Shown one piece after another: positions 29,051-39,185 of a stretch of 64,000 bases of DNA. Each line of letters opens with the position of its first letter. The first letter of the stretch is position 1. Location of the stretch: positions 167,086-231,085 of IMG/VR virus record IMGVR_UViG_3300050343_000191; one strand, written 5' to 3'. The translations under genes were made by a program, and so were the position numbers. The notes beneath the pieces were generated by a model. That model was not told the origin of the DNA. It searched no databases and saw only the letters and a list, made by a program, of their open reading frames with translations.

Positions 29051-30597
29051 TATACTGAAGGTACGTTAAATGCAGAGACAGCTGCTAATCTGTACATATT
29101 GTCGGAATCACTAGTTGCATACAATGGAACATTTCCAACAGGACCAGATGCAGAAGGTGCAGATGCGGGTGCAGGTGCCTGTTGACTAGGAGCAGGTGGA
29201 ATTGGTATTGGAATAACGTTTATTGGTTGCTCTGCTGGTGGTTGAGAAACTTTATCCGCAACTGTTTGTGCCTTTTGAATTGGCGTAAACATATTTGGTG
29301 GGAGTTTTCCAGTTTTGCCAATAAAATTCTCATCATCAATAAATCCTTGAACTTCTTTTGTACTAAATCCCATATCAGCAAGTGTCGTATCACCAGGAGT
29401 TATTTGTCCAGGTTCCAATCCTTGTGATGGATCTCCTGCAAGGGGAACATTTGCAGGTTCTGTTTTAGAATTGTCTGAAGCAGGAGTTGGTTCTAATTTT
29501 GCATCTAGTTGATCTTTATGACCTCCTTTCTCTGCATCATCAAGTTTCTCACCAGATATATTCTCCATTGGTTGCACTTGAGCAGCAGGAGAACTAATGT
29601 CTGGTGCGTTTGTTGCAAAGAGCGATTGACCAAGACGCATAGATTCCATAAAATCTACACCATAATTATTAACTATATTCTGTGGCATAACAAATTCCCC
29701 GTCAGTCAGCAGTGCGGGGATTTGATCAATACCTGATGTTCCTTCTACAGATCCGCCTTTATTGAATTGCTGTGGTGGTGGCGCATTTGCTCCCGTTCCC
29801 GGTGGTTCTGCCGGATTTATTGGATTTTGATTTTGGTTCGGATTTTGGTTCTGATTGTCAGGAATTTCTGGTAAAATTCGATCCGCAAAGGGAATATTAT
29901 CTCGTATACCATTATAAAAATTCTTAGCAGTTTCTTTTATTATTTCTATAAAATCTCGTCCTGGTTGCGTAAATAATCCGGCAGCAGCAACGCCAGCAAG
30001 TAGAATAGCAATTCTACCAAAACTACCAGTTAAAAGAGTAAGTGCTAGTTTAGATGCAACAAAAACACCAGTTATAATACCAAGACCAGTTATAGTCTCA
30101 GTTTTTATTTCATTAAGTTTTTTCGTATTTCCTTCAGACCTAGCTTGAAGAGCTTCAACTATATTACTTCCCAACCATCCACCAATAAGTGTAAGGAAGA
30201 ACGTTCCCAACTTACCTAAACTAAATGATGCTTTACTTGCCAGTTTCTGTGCAGGTGCAACGGCAGCAGCTTCAATTTTTTTCTCTATTACACTCTCTTT
30301 ACCTTCACGCAATTGTTGTTGCGCTAATTTTGATTCTAGTGCTTGTTCTTGTTGTTCTTTCTGCCTTTCTAATGCTTGAGAAGTTGCTAAACTATTGCTA
30401 ATTACTTGCAGTGATGTATTGAGAGAAGCAACATCTCTATTGAGACTGTTTATCTGTGTTGCAACCAATCCAAGTTGCAATGAGTTTTGGTTGAGTAACT
30501 TATTAGTTACTGGATCTGGTTGAGCAGGATCTGCCGTTCTTCCTGCAAATGCAAGGGGTGATATCAGTGATCTTCTACTTCCAGGGGTACTAACCAT
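29050..30597 (-). CDS. Baseplate hub/tail-length protein (gp29-like)
   Basis: Coiled coil, FNKGGSV...IPALLTDGEFVM motif, position after gp51. Confidence 0.5.
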   Translation of the reverse strand: MVSTPGSRRSLISPLAFAGRTADPAQPDPVTNKLLNQNSLQLGLVATQINSLNRDVASLNTSLQVISNSLATSQALERQKEQQEQALESKLAQQQLREGKESVIEKKIEAAAVAPAQKLASKASFSLGKLGTFFLTLIGGWLGSNIVEALQARSEGNTKKLNEIKTETITGLGIITGVFVASKLALTLLTGSFGRIAILLAGVAAAGLFTQPGRDFIEIIKETAKNFYNGIRDNIPFADRILPEIPDNQNQNPNQNQNPINPAEPPGTGANAPPPQQFNKGGSVEGTSGIDQIPALLTDGEFVMPQNIVNNYGVDFMESMRLGQSLFATNAPDISSPAAQVQPMENISGEKLDDAEKGGHKDQLDAKLEPTPASDNSKTEPANVPLAGDPSQGLEPGQITPGDTTLADMGFSTKEVQGFIDDENFIGKTGKLPPNMFTPIQKAQTVADKVSQPPAEQPINVIPIPIPPAPSQQAPAPASAPSASGPVGNVPLYATSDSDNMYRLAAVSAFNVPSV

Positions 30598-30766
30598 TCA
30601 TTTGTTGCGCTTTTAAATTTTCTTCTTCAATGTATTGTTGGAGGAAAGCAAGATAAATTTCTTTCTCCCAAGGTATCATATTTTCCAATTCTGTTAATGA
30701 GTATTTATGATGTTGCATCAAAGCAAAATTAATTCTAAAGTATGACTCAATATTAGTATGAGCCAT
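30590..30766 (-). CDS. gp51: Baseplate hub assembly catalyst (58 aa, not in ORF track)
   Basis: MAHTNIESYFRINFALMQHHKYSLTELENMIPWEKEIYLAFLQQYIEEEN. Confidence 0.85.
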   Translation of the reverse strand: MAHTNIESYFRINFALMQHHKYSLTELENMIPWEKEIYLAFLQQYIEEENLKAQQMNG

Positions 30767-30768
30767 AC

Positions 30769-31485
30769 TTACCCGAAAAAACTTGCTAATCCCTCCAAAA
30801 CAACCTCATTATCAACTTCAGTGTTTGGATTCGTCACTGTCATAGTATGAGATAATTTAGGCATTGTTAGATAAAAGTTCTCAATTTCTTTAAACTGCTT
30901 AGAACTCAGTTGCTCCACAAATTCACGAAGTTCTTTCTTAGTGCAATCTTTAGTGGACCAAGATTCTTCTTCACTATAAATCTGCTCAATGGATGACATA
31001 ATGACATTGAAAGTTTCATCAAGATTGATTTCACTAACCGCAAAGTTATTCTTGACAAATTCTTCCATTGATGGATATTTCATTCTTAATGTCAAACTAT
31101 CATCAAGTTTAATATCTTTAGAGTGAGTATCATCAAACTGCACTTGAATCTCATCAAGACTAATAAGTACAGGAACTTTTGTTACGCCATCATCTGGACA
31201 GGTAACCAAAACTTCAACTTCTTCACCAACAGACTTACCACGAATGTTGAGGAACAAATATTCAATATCAAATGTAGAAAGTTCTTCTACTTTTACACCT
31301 CTTGTCAGAATACAAGATTTAATTACGTCTTTAACCGCATTGACAATTTGTGAAAGATCTTCACTCTCCATTGCAATAACAAGAACTTTTTCTTCTTTAA
31401 CTAGAAATGGTCTATACCTGATCTTTTTTCCAGTAGAAGGGATCGCCAACTCATAAGTTGGTGTAGAAATTTTTGGTAAAGGCAT
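30769..31485 (-). CDS. gp26: Baseplate hub subunit
   Basis: MPLPKISTPTYEL...YRPFLVKEEK...FDIEYLFLNIRGKSVGE. Confidence 0.9.
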   Translation of the reverse strand: MPLPKISTPTYELAIPSTGKKIRYRPFLVKEEKVLVIAMESEDLSQIVNAVKDVIKSCILTRGVKVEELSTFDIEYLFLNIRGKSVGEEVEVLVTCPDDGVTKVPVLISLDEIQVQFDDTHSKDIKLDDSLTLRMKYPSMEEFVKNNFAVSEINLDETFNVIMSSIEQIYSEEESWSTKDCTKKELREFVEQLSSKQFKEIENFYLTMPKLSHTMTVTNPNTEVDNEVVLEGLASFFG

Positions 31486-31525
31486 TACAATTCATGCACG
31501 TCAGTAAAATTATTTAGAGGGGTTA

Positions 31526-32410
31526 TCAGAGGAACTTAAATTCTGAAGACCAGGAGGAATTTATGATATCATCATTCAATATACTACTACCCGATTTAAA
31601 GAATTCTCCACTATTACTCAATCCAGTAAATCTGGGAATGGCAGCATCAGATAAAAAGTCAGTACCTGATGAAGAATTACTATTAGAATTATTAAAACCG
31701 TTTGCTAATTTCTGTTGCCCTCGTTGTGACTGATTTCCAGTTCCAGTTCCAGAATCAAGTCCATCTTTATTACTAGTTGTCCCTAAGAAATTTGCAAGAG
31801 AACTTGATTGTCCAGAGACATATCTGTCATATTGAAATGTTACTGAAGCCTTCAAGATATTAGAACCTTCATATGAAACTGTAGTAGAATCTAAAGAAAG
31901 TGGATATAGACCATAAAATCTATACTCAACATATTTCTTATAATCTTTTTCAAATTTTGTAATTACAGTTTGATCACATTTATATTGCTTCGGATAATTC
32001 ATTCTATAATAATATCCTGGCGTTAAATTACTTACTCCATCAGTAAATTCAGTTCCTGAAGCAATAAACTCCATCCAATGCTCAATAAACTTTAAAGATC
32101 TATATGAATTATCAACATAAAACTCCATAGTCATTGGAGTGAATATTCTGGTATGTGCAAATTTCTCTGCAACACCCATAAAATTTCCCACAACATCTGC
32201 TGTAGCAAATCCACTACCAGGTAGGATTGCTCTACTGCATAAAAGTCCAATTGTCTCAGTAATATATCTACTATCAATACCCCTCTGACCCAGGTATTTT
32301 CTTAAAGTACCAGCAAGACCACCAAACTGCACCATATAGTGTGAGGTTAGTGCAACATTTCCTATGACTGGTTTTATTTGAGATATTTTTTTCGGTAATG
32401 GTCTAGGCAC
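31526..32410 (-). CDS. gp54: Tail-tube initiator (gp54/gp19-like fold)
   Basis: LCSRAILPG, MTMEFYVD, FIEHWMEFI, YYYRMNYP, YGLYP. Confidence 0.55.
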   Translation of the reverse strand: MPRPLPKKISQIKPVIGNVALTSHYMVQFGGLAGTLRKYLGQRGIDSRYITETIGLLCSRAILPGSGFATADVVGNFMGVAEKFAHTRIFTPMTMEFYVDNSYRSLKFIEHWMEFIASGTEFTDGVSNLTPGYYYRMNYPKQYKCDQTVITKFEKDYKKYVEYRFYGLYPLSLDSTTVSYEGSNILKASVTFQYDRYVSGQSSSLANFLGTTSNKDGLDSGTGTGNQSQRGQQKLANGFNNSNSNSSSGTDFLSDAAIPRFTGLSNSGEFFKSGSSILNDDIINSSWSSEFKFL

Positions 32411-32411
32411 T

Positions 32412-32446
32412 CTAAATATATTATAGGTGATTGTTTAGTTATTTAG
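32412..32446. promoter_or_regulatory. Two opposed late promoters in a 36-nt intergenic gap
   Basis: CTAAATA on the plus strand at 32412-32418 and on the minus strand at 32440-32446. Confidence 0.6.
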
Positions 32447-32884
32447 ATGTCATATAAGGGAAAATACAAACCATCTTATCCTAAAAAATATAAGGGAGAT
32501 CCTACTAATATAATATACCGTTCTCTTTGGGAACGCAAGTTTATGGTTTACTGTGACAATAATACAAATATTATAGAGTGGCAGTCAGAAGAATTTTGTA
32601 TTCCATACCGATCTCCTATTGATAATCGAGTTCATAGATATTTTCCAGACTTCTTTATCAAGTATAAAGATGTCAATGGTAGAGTTAGATCATCTCTTAT
32701 TGAAGTAAAACCTTTAAGGCAATGTTCACCTCCACCTAAACCTAAGAGACAGACAAAAAAATACTTGAATGAGGCATTTGAATATGTCAAAAATCAAGCA
32801 AAGTGGGAAGCAGCACAAGAATACTGCAAAGATAGAATGTGGGACTTCAAAGTTATGACAGAAAAAGAACTTGGTATCAAGTAA
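32447..32884 (+). CDS. gp4: Head completion nuclease
   Basis: KGKYKP..PKKYKGDP..IIYRSLWE...YFPDF...IEVKP...KWEAA. Confidence 0.9.
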   Translation: MSYKGKYKPSYPKKYKGDPTNIIYRSLWERKFMVYCDNNTNIIEWQSEEFCIPYRSPIDNRVHRYFPDFFIKYKDVNGRVRSSLIEVKPLRQCSPPPKPKRQTKKYLNEAFEYVKNQAKWEAAQEYCKDRMWDFKVMTEKELGIK

Positions 32885-33360
32885 TGGCAATCAAAAAGAG
32901 GGAAACACTCTTACAGTCACAACGAAGAAAACTTGCTGAACAAAGGGCAGCAAGAGCAGCGGCAGAGGCATCTCAGAGACCCACAGACACTGATGAAAAT
33001 CGTAATAGGATTCGCACTGTAACAAATAAAGTAATAGGTGTCAGAGACCCAGATATCGTTATGAATCAACTACTTGAAGTCCTTGAAAAAGCGGATGCGC
33101 CAGTTCCAGGAAAGTTATACGTCTACAAATATGTTGCAATCACTCCAGGTATCCGATATGATAGGAACCCTGTGGTACAGATAAGAAACGTATCGGATAG
33201 AGGTTGGATAGGTCAGAACTTTCATTGGTTAGGAAAAGGTCAATCAATAAGAAATTATCTTGCAAGTGAAGTTATATCTGATGGCATTTATGAAATTTAT
33301 CCATCAGAACTTAGAGACGTTATGATGCTACCTATCAGAGATTTCAAAGTTGGCGGCTAA
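32884..33360 (+). CDS. gp2: DNA end protector-like protein
   Basis: PGKLYVYKY, YDRNPVV, GQNFHW resemble gp2 motifs; TAATG coupling to gp4. Confidence 0.5.
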   Translation: MAIKKRETLLQSQRRKLAEQRAARAAAEASQRPTDTDENRNRIRTVTNKVIGVRDPDIVMNQLLEVLEKADAPVPGKLYVYKYVAITPGIRYDRNPVVQIRNVSDRGWIGQNFHWLGKGQSIRNYLASEVISDGIYEIYPSELRDVMMLPIRDFKVGG

Positions 33361-33379
33361 ATAAATAAAAACCATTTAA

Positions 33380-34498
33380 ATGGCAGAAACTAGAATTAGC
33401 AGAATTACTAGAAGAGGAGGGGGAGATGTAAGACCTTCAGCAAAGAAAGCACAGGATGCTGCCAATTCTACAGAGAAAGGTGGTGGTAATACCAAAAATA
33501 ATCCTAATAATGCAGATACTGGACCAGAGGTCTATCGATATCCAAGAGAAGCGTTATCAAATACCACAGATGCTTTATACATATCAATATTTGATCAATT
33601 TAGAACCAGTGATACTGGTGCTTCTAATCTTTTTAATCTTGATGGTCTTATAGAAAAAACAACAACTGGTACTGGTGATAAAAAAGTTACTACTATTGAT
33701 AGCGTAAATCTTAAAAAATTAGGAGTTAAAGCAGCTTCTGACTTTTTTCAAAGAAATACAGATAAGGTAAAGAAAAAAAATACAAAATACATATATCTAC
33801 CAATTCCACAACAAATTAGTGATGCATTAGCAGTATCTTATTCTGAAGATTCATTAAATCCACTACAAGCTGTTGGAACTCAAGTAACTGCCGAAATTTT
33901 AAACGATCCTGGAAATGTTGGTACTCTTATAAGTAAACTAACCAAAGGAAATTTTGAAGGACTAGACCAAAATACTGTAAAGACAATACAATCAGGTCTT
34001 GCTGGAAAAGCACTCAATAGTTTAGGCGCTAACGTAAGTCCTAACTCGATAATTTCTAGGGCAACTGGACAAATCCTACAATCAAATCTTGAACTCTTGT
34101 TTAGTGGCGTAACTCTTAGATCATTTCCGTTTACATTTGATTTTACACCAAGAGATCAAGTTGAAGCAAAAGAAGTAATGGCAATTATTAGATGTCTAAA
34201 ATCATCAATGGTACCAAAAAAAGGAAGCAATCCCGCACTGTTCATTGGTTCACCTAAAGTATTTCAATTGGAATATGTGACTGGACAAAGAGAACATCCA
34301 TTCTTGAATCGATTTAAAATATGTTCTTTAGCACAACTGAGTGTTAACTATACAGCATCTGGAACATATGCAACTTATCCAGATGGTACACCAGTTCATA
34401 TTCAAGTCTTATGTGAATTCAAAGAAATCAATCCAATCTATGCAGAGGATTATGAAGATCAAGAGGATGGATACTTAGCAGGAGGTGTAGGTTACTAA
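33380..34498 (+). CDS. gp48: Baseplate tail-tube cap
   Basis: IYLPIPQQISD, NLELLFSGVTLRSFPFTFDFTPR, LNRFKICSL, FKEINPIY. Confidence 0.88.
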   Translation: MAETRISRITRRGGGDVRPSAKKAQDAANSTEKGGGNTKNNPNNADTGPEVYRYPREALSNTTDALYISIFDQFRTSDTGASNLFNLDGLIEKTTTGTGDKKVTTIDSVNLKKLGVKAASDFFQRNTDKVKKKNTKYIYLPIPQQISDALAVSYSEDSLNPLQAVGTQVTAEILNDPGNVGTLISKLTKGNFEGLDQNTVKTIQSGLAGKALNSLGANVSPNSIISRATGQILQSNLELLFSGVTLRSFPFTFDFTPRDQVEAKEVMAIIRCLKSSMVPKKGSNPALFIGSPKVFQLEYVTGQREHPFLNRFKICSLAQLSVNYTASGTYATYPDGTPVHIQVLCEFKEINPIYAEDYEDQEDGYLAGGVGY

Positions 34499-35265
34499 TG
34501 TCTTATTTCAGAGAACTACCAAATCTTTTATATCAATCAACTCTTTTAGACAAAGTTTCTTCTAGAGACTATGTACTAATTAAAAACTTATTCCGTAGAG
34601 TCAAACTTCAAGACTATATTACGGATAAAGTTGCTTTTTTTGATAAGTATACAATCTTAGATCTACAGCGACCAGATAATGTCGCAGAGATCTTTTATGG
34701 TAAAGCAGACCTAGATTGGGTTGTAATCCTGACTGCAGGTATTACTAATATCAAAGATGAATGGCCGATTTCTAACTATGATCTCTACAGGTATGTTGAA
34801 AATAAGTATGGTATCACAGAAGTAAATAATGTTCACCACTATGAGACCATTGAAGTTAAAGATAATAGGGGGAGATTAATTTTACCTGGTCGTCAAATAG
34901 TTGATCAAGATTTTAAAATTAAGACTCCATATGATGCTTCTGCAACTAAGTTTTACATCACTAATCCAGACATTGGTGGTGGGGGTGGTGCTCCTCCAGA
35001 CCCTGATGCAAATCCACCTTTTGCTGGTTACGGATCAACAAAGTATACAGGTGTTAATCAAGAAATAAATCCGGTAACAGGAATTTCAAACTATGAGTAT
35101 GAAACATTAAAAAATGAAAAGAAAAGAAAGATTCAATTAATGAAACCATCATATCTACAAATATTCTTGAATGATATGAGAAATATTATGTACTATGAAG
35201 ATAGTAGTCATACAATTAATTCAAGATTATCAGTTACAGATAATACCAGATTGATCGGTCCATAA
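34498..35265 (+). CDS. gp53: Baseplate wedge subunit
   Basis: MSYFRELPNLLY, KNLFRRVKL, RPDNVAEIFYG, EWP, YEYETLKNEKKRKI. Confidence 0.88.
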   Translation: MSYFRELPNLLYQSTLLDKVSSRDYVLIKNLFRRVKLQDYITDKVAFFDKYTILDLQRPDNVAEIFYGKADLDWVVILTAGITNIKDEWPISNYDLYRYVENKYGITEVNNVHHYETIEVKDNRGRLILPGRQIVDQDFKIKTPYDASATKFYITNPDIGGGGGAPPDPDANPPFAGYGSTKYTGVNQEINPVTGISNYEYETLKNEKKRKIQLMKPSYLQIFLNDMRNIMYYEDSSHTINSRLSVTDNTRLIGP

Positions 35266-35276
35266 AAGATCTAGAA

Positions 35277-35306
35277 TGAATCCGCAGAAGTAACTCTGCG
35301 GATTCA
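35277..35306. terminator. 12-bp hairpin between convergent gp53 and gp32
   Basis: TGAATCCGCAGA-AGTAAC-TCTGCGGATTCA; U-tract weak. Confidence 0.55.
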
Positions 35307-35322
35307 CTATGGTAATCAGACT

Positions 35323-36252
35323 TTACTCCTCAGCAAGTTTAGCAAAGTATGCCATTGCGTCATCTTCTTCACCACTAGAAGAACTAGAACTCACGATGTC
35401 CTCTGCATTAAAGTCACCAGGAGTAGAAGTTACTGCAGGAGCAACACCACGACTAGAAGATCGGAAATCTTCCTCCGCCTCAACAGTTTCCTGATCTTGG
35501 AAACGAGGGGTGCCCTTGTTACCCAGAACATAATCAAGACGCTTCTTCAGTGCGTCATAGTCCTTAAACTGATCGGCAGCAGTGAACTCAGCGAGAGAGT
35601 TCTCTTTCTTCCAGATTGCTTCCATTGCGTCATCATCGTCCAAGAGTGCGCCTTGTGCGGCAAACTCAGAAGAATCATAGTTACGATAACCAGCAACGTT
35701 CTTTGCCTTCAGTTTGAAGTTAGCACCTTGCCAGAAGTCGAACGGATCGATTGCTTCCTCATCTTCAAACTCGGGTTGCATAGCAGCAGTGAGTTTGTCA
35801 AAGATCTTCTTGCCATACTTGTACAACATCACCTTACCTTCATTGGAAGGATTGGCAGGATCTTTTACAACGTAGATATTGCTGATGTAAGTCAATTTAC
35901 GCTTCTGCTTACGTGCAGCATCTTTGCCTGCATCGGTGCCGTTGTTCCACAACAGTGAGTTATACTCAGATACAGGATCTTTCTGACCCAAACTAGTCAG
36001 AGAGTTTTCAATGTACCAACCACCAGGACCTTGGAAGGCGTGGGAGTACAGTTTCACGAAGGGAAGATCTTCACCATCAGGTGCAGGCAGGAAACGGATG
36101 ACGGCATAACCATTGCCGCTCTTATCACACTCCAGTTTCCAGAGACGGTCATCAGAAGAACCGCCAGTATTATTCATTTTTTCGACTTCCTTGACCAGTT
36201 TTTGTGTCAGGGAGCCCAGTTTGGATTGCTTTTTAAGGTCTGCGAAAGACAT
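35323..36252 (-). CDS. gp32: Single-stranded DNA-binding protein
   Basis: DDRLWKL...GNGYAVIRFLPAP, HAFQGPGGWYIENSLT, YGKKIFDK, acidic tail. Confidence 0.95.
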   Translation of the reverse strand: MSFADLKKQSKLGSLTQKLVKEVEKMNNTGGSSDDRLWKLECDKSGNGYAVIRFLPAPDGEDLPFVKLYSHAFQGPGGWYIENSLTSLGQKDPVSEYNSLLWNNGTDAGKDAARKQKRKLTYISNIYVVKDPANPSNEGKVMLYKYGKKIFDKLTAAMQPEFEDEEAIDPFDFWQGANFKLKAKNVAGYRNYDSSEFAAQGALLDDDDAMEAIWKKENSLAEFTAADQFKDYDALKKRLDYVLGNKGTPRFQDQETVEAEEDFRSSSRGVAPAVTSTPGDFNAEDIVSSSSSSGEEDDAMAYFAKLAEE

Positions 36253-36295
36253 TTAGATACCTCGGATAGGTTGGATGTTTTGGATTTGCTTAGAT

Positions 36296-36324
36296 AGTAT
36301 AACAAAGAATCCATCAGGCGTCAA
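36296..36324 (-). promoter_or_regulatory. Sigma70-type promoter for gp32
   Basis: TTGACG-17 nt-TATACT. Confidence 0.72.
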
Positions 36325-36646
36325 CGTGTTTTCTGAGTGCCTCGATGGTTGCATTCATACTACTGAATAGCATAGTCATATCAGTCTCAGGTGGGAAACC
36401 CATCATCGCGACTGATTTACGAAGATTCTCTTTCATTTCGACCGCTTTAGGATCGTCTGAAAGAGATAGTCTAGTATACATCACTCTTTGCTTTTCTAGC
36501 AAGTTTGTCAGTATACTAATATGTTCCAGTTGTTCTTCTTTGGACATCATACCAAAATCAAAGAGAGAACCATAGATTTTCTCTTGGAGATTATTAATTT
36601 CAGTTAGTTCTTCCTGAATAATTTCAGAGTCAAAAAATTCACCCAT
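36314..36646 (-). CDS. DUF1825-like protein
   Basis: FFDSEIIQEEL...QRVMYTRLSLSDDPKAVEMK; usual position between gp59 and gp32. Confidence 0.65.
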   Translation of the reverse strand: MGEFFDSEIIQEELTEINNLQEKIYGSLFDFGMMSKEEQLEHISILTNLLEKQRVMYTRLSLSDDPKAVEMKENLRKSVAMMGFPPETDMTMLFSSMNATIEALRKHVDA

Positions 36647-37235
36647 TTACTATTAACCGTAGAAGTTTTTTGTAATTGAATACATCTATATTTATGAAAG
36701 GACTATATTTTTTCAATTTCAAACTGACGGTTTCCCATACTGGATCAGTTAATTTCTTATCGAAATTTTTTGAAAAATGAAAGATTTTTTCGTAGATCAC
36801 GAAATTTTCTAGAGACAATCTCCCGCTTAAGTATCTTTTCAGAAGAATGGGGTGTCCTTTGGAACAATCGAATAGTTTCTCGAATTCGTTCTCCGAGAAC
36901 AACTCGTTGCTTTGTTCTTTGAACAAGTAAGTCGAACTCTGTTGTCGTTTTTTCCATTCGGCGTAAGTCCTTTCGCCAGAATTGATAATTTCTCCAATCC
37001 ATAGATTTTGTGGGTTATCAGCAGCAGAAAAATTAGATACTAAAAAATTAACGACCTCTTCATCAGAATACTTACGAGAAGTCTTTTCAAACCAGTACTT
37101 ATCCTTTCTCTTATTGAAAGAGGACACACTAGCACGAGTCTTAGCTCCGTATTTGAAGAAGTCGTATTTAGGATTTGTGAAATGATTTTTTAGTGACAAA
37201 TAATGTTGATATGTTTCAAAGGGTGTCACGATCAT
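36639..37235 (-). CDS. gp59: Loader of gp41 helicase
   Basis: YLSLKNHFT..KYDFFKY..K, KRKDKYWFEK. Confidence 0.88.
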   Translation of the reverse strand: MIVTPFETYQHYLSLKNHFTNPKYDFFKYGAKTRASVSSFNKRKDKYWFEKTSRKYSDEEVVNFLVSNFSAADNPQNLWIGEIINSGERTYAEWKKRQQSSTYLFKEQSNELFSENEFEKLFDCSKGHPILLKRYLSGRLSLENFVIYEKIFHFSKNFDKKLTDPVWETVSLKLKKYSPFINIDVFNYKKLLRLIVNG

Positions 37236-37492
37236 AAAGGAAGTTTTGCTCTTGAAGTTCGTTTCATAAAGTTAAGACGTGTTGCGTCCCACTTAAGTTT
37301 CTCTTTTAGAGGTTTTGAAACGAGTTTGGTAATTGAGTCTACCTCAAGTTCATTGATTTCGCAATAGTGTACGATAGCATCAATGTAATTAAATTTTTCT
37401 TCGGAAGCAATTTTTTCAATCTCCAAAGCAAATTTGGAAGGAGTTAGAAATTTACTTTCGATTGCCTTCTCTAGTTCTTTATTAGGTTCCAT
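37232..37492 (-). CDS. gp33: Late transcription coactivator
   Basis: KFALEIEKIA...YIDAIVHYCE..ELEVDSITKLVSKPLKEKLKWDA; start at MEPNKE. Confidence 0.88.
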   Translation of the reverse strand: MEPNKELEKAIESKFLTPSKFALEIEKIASEEKFNYIDAIVHYCEINELEVDSITKLVSKPLKEKLKWDATRLNFMKRTSRAKLPL

Positions 37493-38159
37493 AGAGCTCC
37501 AGTTTATCTCTAACAAACTTTCCAATGTACTCGGTAAGAAGTTTGATGTACTTTGATTTGTCTCTTTCTTCATAGACGACGCATTCTCCATTTTCACAAG
37601 CCATAATAATTACAAGTTTTTGGACTGATATTCCAGTCAGTTCATACAGCATACAACCATATGCCATGCACTGTACAAAATAATGATCGATCCATTCCCG
37701 TGGTTTGGGTTTGGCAGATGTTTTGAAGTCGATTATAGCTAACTCGCCGTCGTATTCAGCGATACAATCTACAGTCCCTGCTACGCCTAATTGTTTGCTG
37801 TACAGAGACCCTTCAAGGGCGTAAATATTATTTATAAGATTTAACTTTTCTTTACAGATATTAAAAAGAAATTTAGAAATAGGAGGAACATCTGGTAGTT
37901 GTTCATTTTTTATGAAGTATTCAACCAATGTATGCATATCTGTACCACGTCTTGTAGAACGTTTAGTGATACGATCTGCTTCCTCATTACCAACTCTTTT
38001 ACGCCATTTGACAAAGATTTCCTTATTGAAATGACTGGTCACCGAAGTAATGGAGACCAGTCTAAGGAGTTCTTCTTCATCAGGCACTTTATAATAACGG
38101 ACCCCATCAATAGTTTCTCTTTCTAGAGATGGAAGATCCACATCAACGTGATTGAACAT
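37482..38159 (-). CDS. Phage exonuclease (PD-(D/E)XK)
   Basis: SITSV, RGTDMH, AGTVDCIAEYDGELAIIDFKTS, YFVQ. Confidence 0.88.
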   Translation of the reverse strand: MFNHVDVDLPSLERETIDGVRYYKVPDEEELLRLVSITSVTSHFNKEIFVKWRKRVGNEEADRITKRSTRRGTDMHTLVEYFIKNEQLPDVPPISKFLFNICKEKLNLINNIYALEGSLYSKQLGVAGTVDCIAEYDGELAIIDFKTSAKPKPREWIDHYFVQCMAYGCMLYELTGISVQKLVIIMACENGECVVYEERDKSKYIKLLTEYIGKFVRDKLELYGT

Positions 38160-38917
38160 TAAAATCCAGATTCCATTTTTGCGATAATGTATTCTTTGAC
38201 AAGTCCAGAACGAACAATGTCATCTACATCAAATTCAATTATATCAAATGATTGCATTTTACGCAAGATGTTCATAAAATCAACAATACCATTTCTCTCA
38301 TTTGCCTTATTTAAATCAGACTGACGAGAGTCACCACAGAAACAAATCCTAGTATTTTCACCAACACGAGTGATAATACTATCAAGTTCGTGGAAGTTTA
38401 GATTTTGAAACTCATCTACAATAACAATAGCATTATCAAGAGTGGTTCCACGTAAGAATGAAGTGGACCAGAACTTGATCGATTCCTGAGACTTTAGGTT
38501 ACCATACAACATCTCAAAGTCAGCATCACTAGGCATTTGGAACATATACTTGACCATATTCTTATAAGGAATCTGGTAAATATCTGCCTTATCTTCATGA
38601 GATCCAGGAAGAAAACCAATCTCTCTAGTAGCAACAAGAGAACGTACAAGGTAGATACGCTCATACGGTGTATTCTCATCTAAAACATCACGAAGTGCGT
38701 TGTAGAGGGTTATAAAGGTCTTTCCTGTACCTGCACATCCATATGCAATAATATGCTTGCCTTCATTATAAGAATCAAATAGTCGTTTTTGATTATCCGA
38801 TAAAGGATCAATATCAACCAAATATTCTCGACTAAGTGGTTTTTTCCGCTTCATCTGCTTGGTTGTAAGACCAACTCCAATGGGTTGTTCTGCAGATGCT
38901 CTCTTTCTTCTAGGCAT
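38159..38917 (-). CDS. phoH: PhoH family ATPase
   Basis: GCAGTGKT, IGFLPGS, SFLRGTT, VDEFQN, GDSRQSD, DIVRSGLV. Confidence 0.95.
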   Translation of the reverse strand: MPRRKRASAEQPIGVGLTTKQMKRKKPLSREYLVDIDPLSDNQKRLFDSYNEGKHIIAYGCAGTGKTFITLYNALRDVLDENTPYERIYLVRSLVATREIGFLPGSHEDKADIYQIPYKNMVKYMFQMPSDADFEMLYGNLKSQESIKFWSTSFLRGTTLDNAIVIVDEFQNLNFHELDSIITRVGENTRICFCGDSRQSDLNKANERNGIVDFMNILRKMQSFDIIEFDVDDIVRSGLVKEYIIAKMESGF

Positions 38918-38918
38918 A

Positions 38919-39161
38919 CTAAATCCTTCTTACTCTTGAACCAGGTGCTTTCGATGCTTTGCCAAGTACATCATTCCATCCAGGATTTCTAGCAACTAAT
39001 TTATCTTTCCACTCACCCACTTCCTGTGCAGAGGCACATCCTTTACTCCAATCTTTATCCCAATCAGGATTGTCCTTGCGCCATTGCTCATAATTTGCAA
39101 TGGTCATATTCAACTCTTTTTCTTCCCCAGTTTTGCTGTTCTTTACAGGATATGATGGCAT
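38919..39161 (-). CDS. Conserved T4-like hypothetical protein
   Basis: MPSYPV..KTGE and GWNDVL motifs; late promoter upstream. Confidence 0.7.
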   Translation of the reverse strand: MPSYPVKNSKTGEEKELNMTIANYEQWRKDNPDWDKDWSKGCASAQEVGEWKDKLVARNPGWNDVLGKASKAPGSRVRRI

Positions 39162-39185
39162 AGTATTAACTCCAAGGTATTTTAT

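Noticed and set aside
35497-36297. Plus-strand ORFs over gp32
   Set aside because: Antisense shadows of a conserved core gene.
37482-38159. Cas4-like appearance of the exonuclease
   Set aside because: Standard T4-like exonuclease between phoH and gp33; no cas genes or array.
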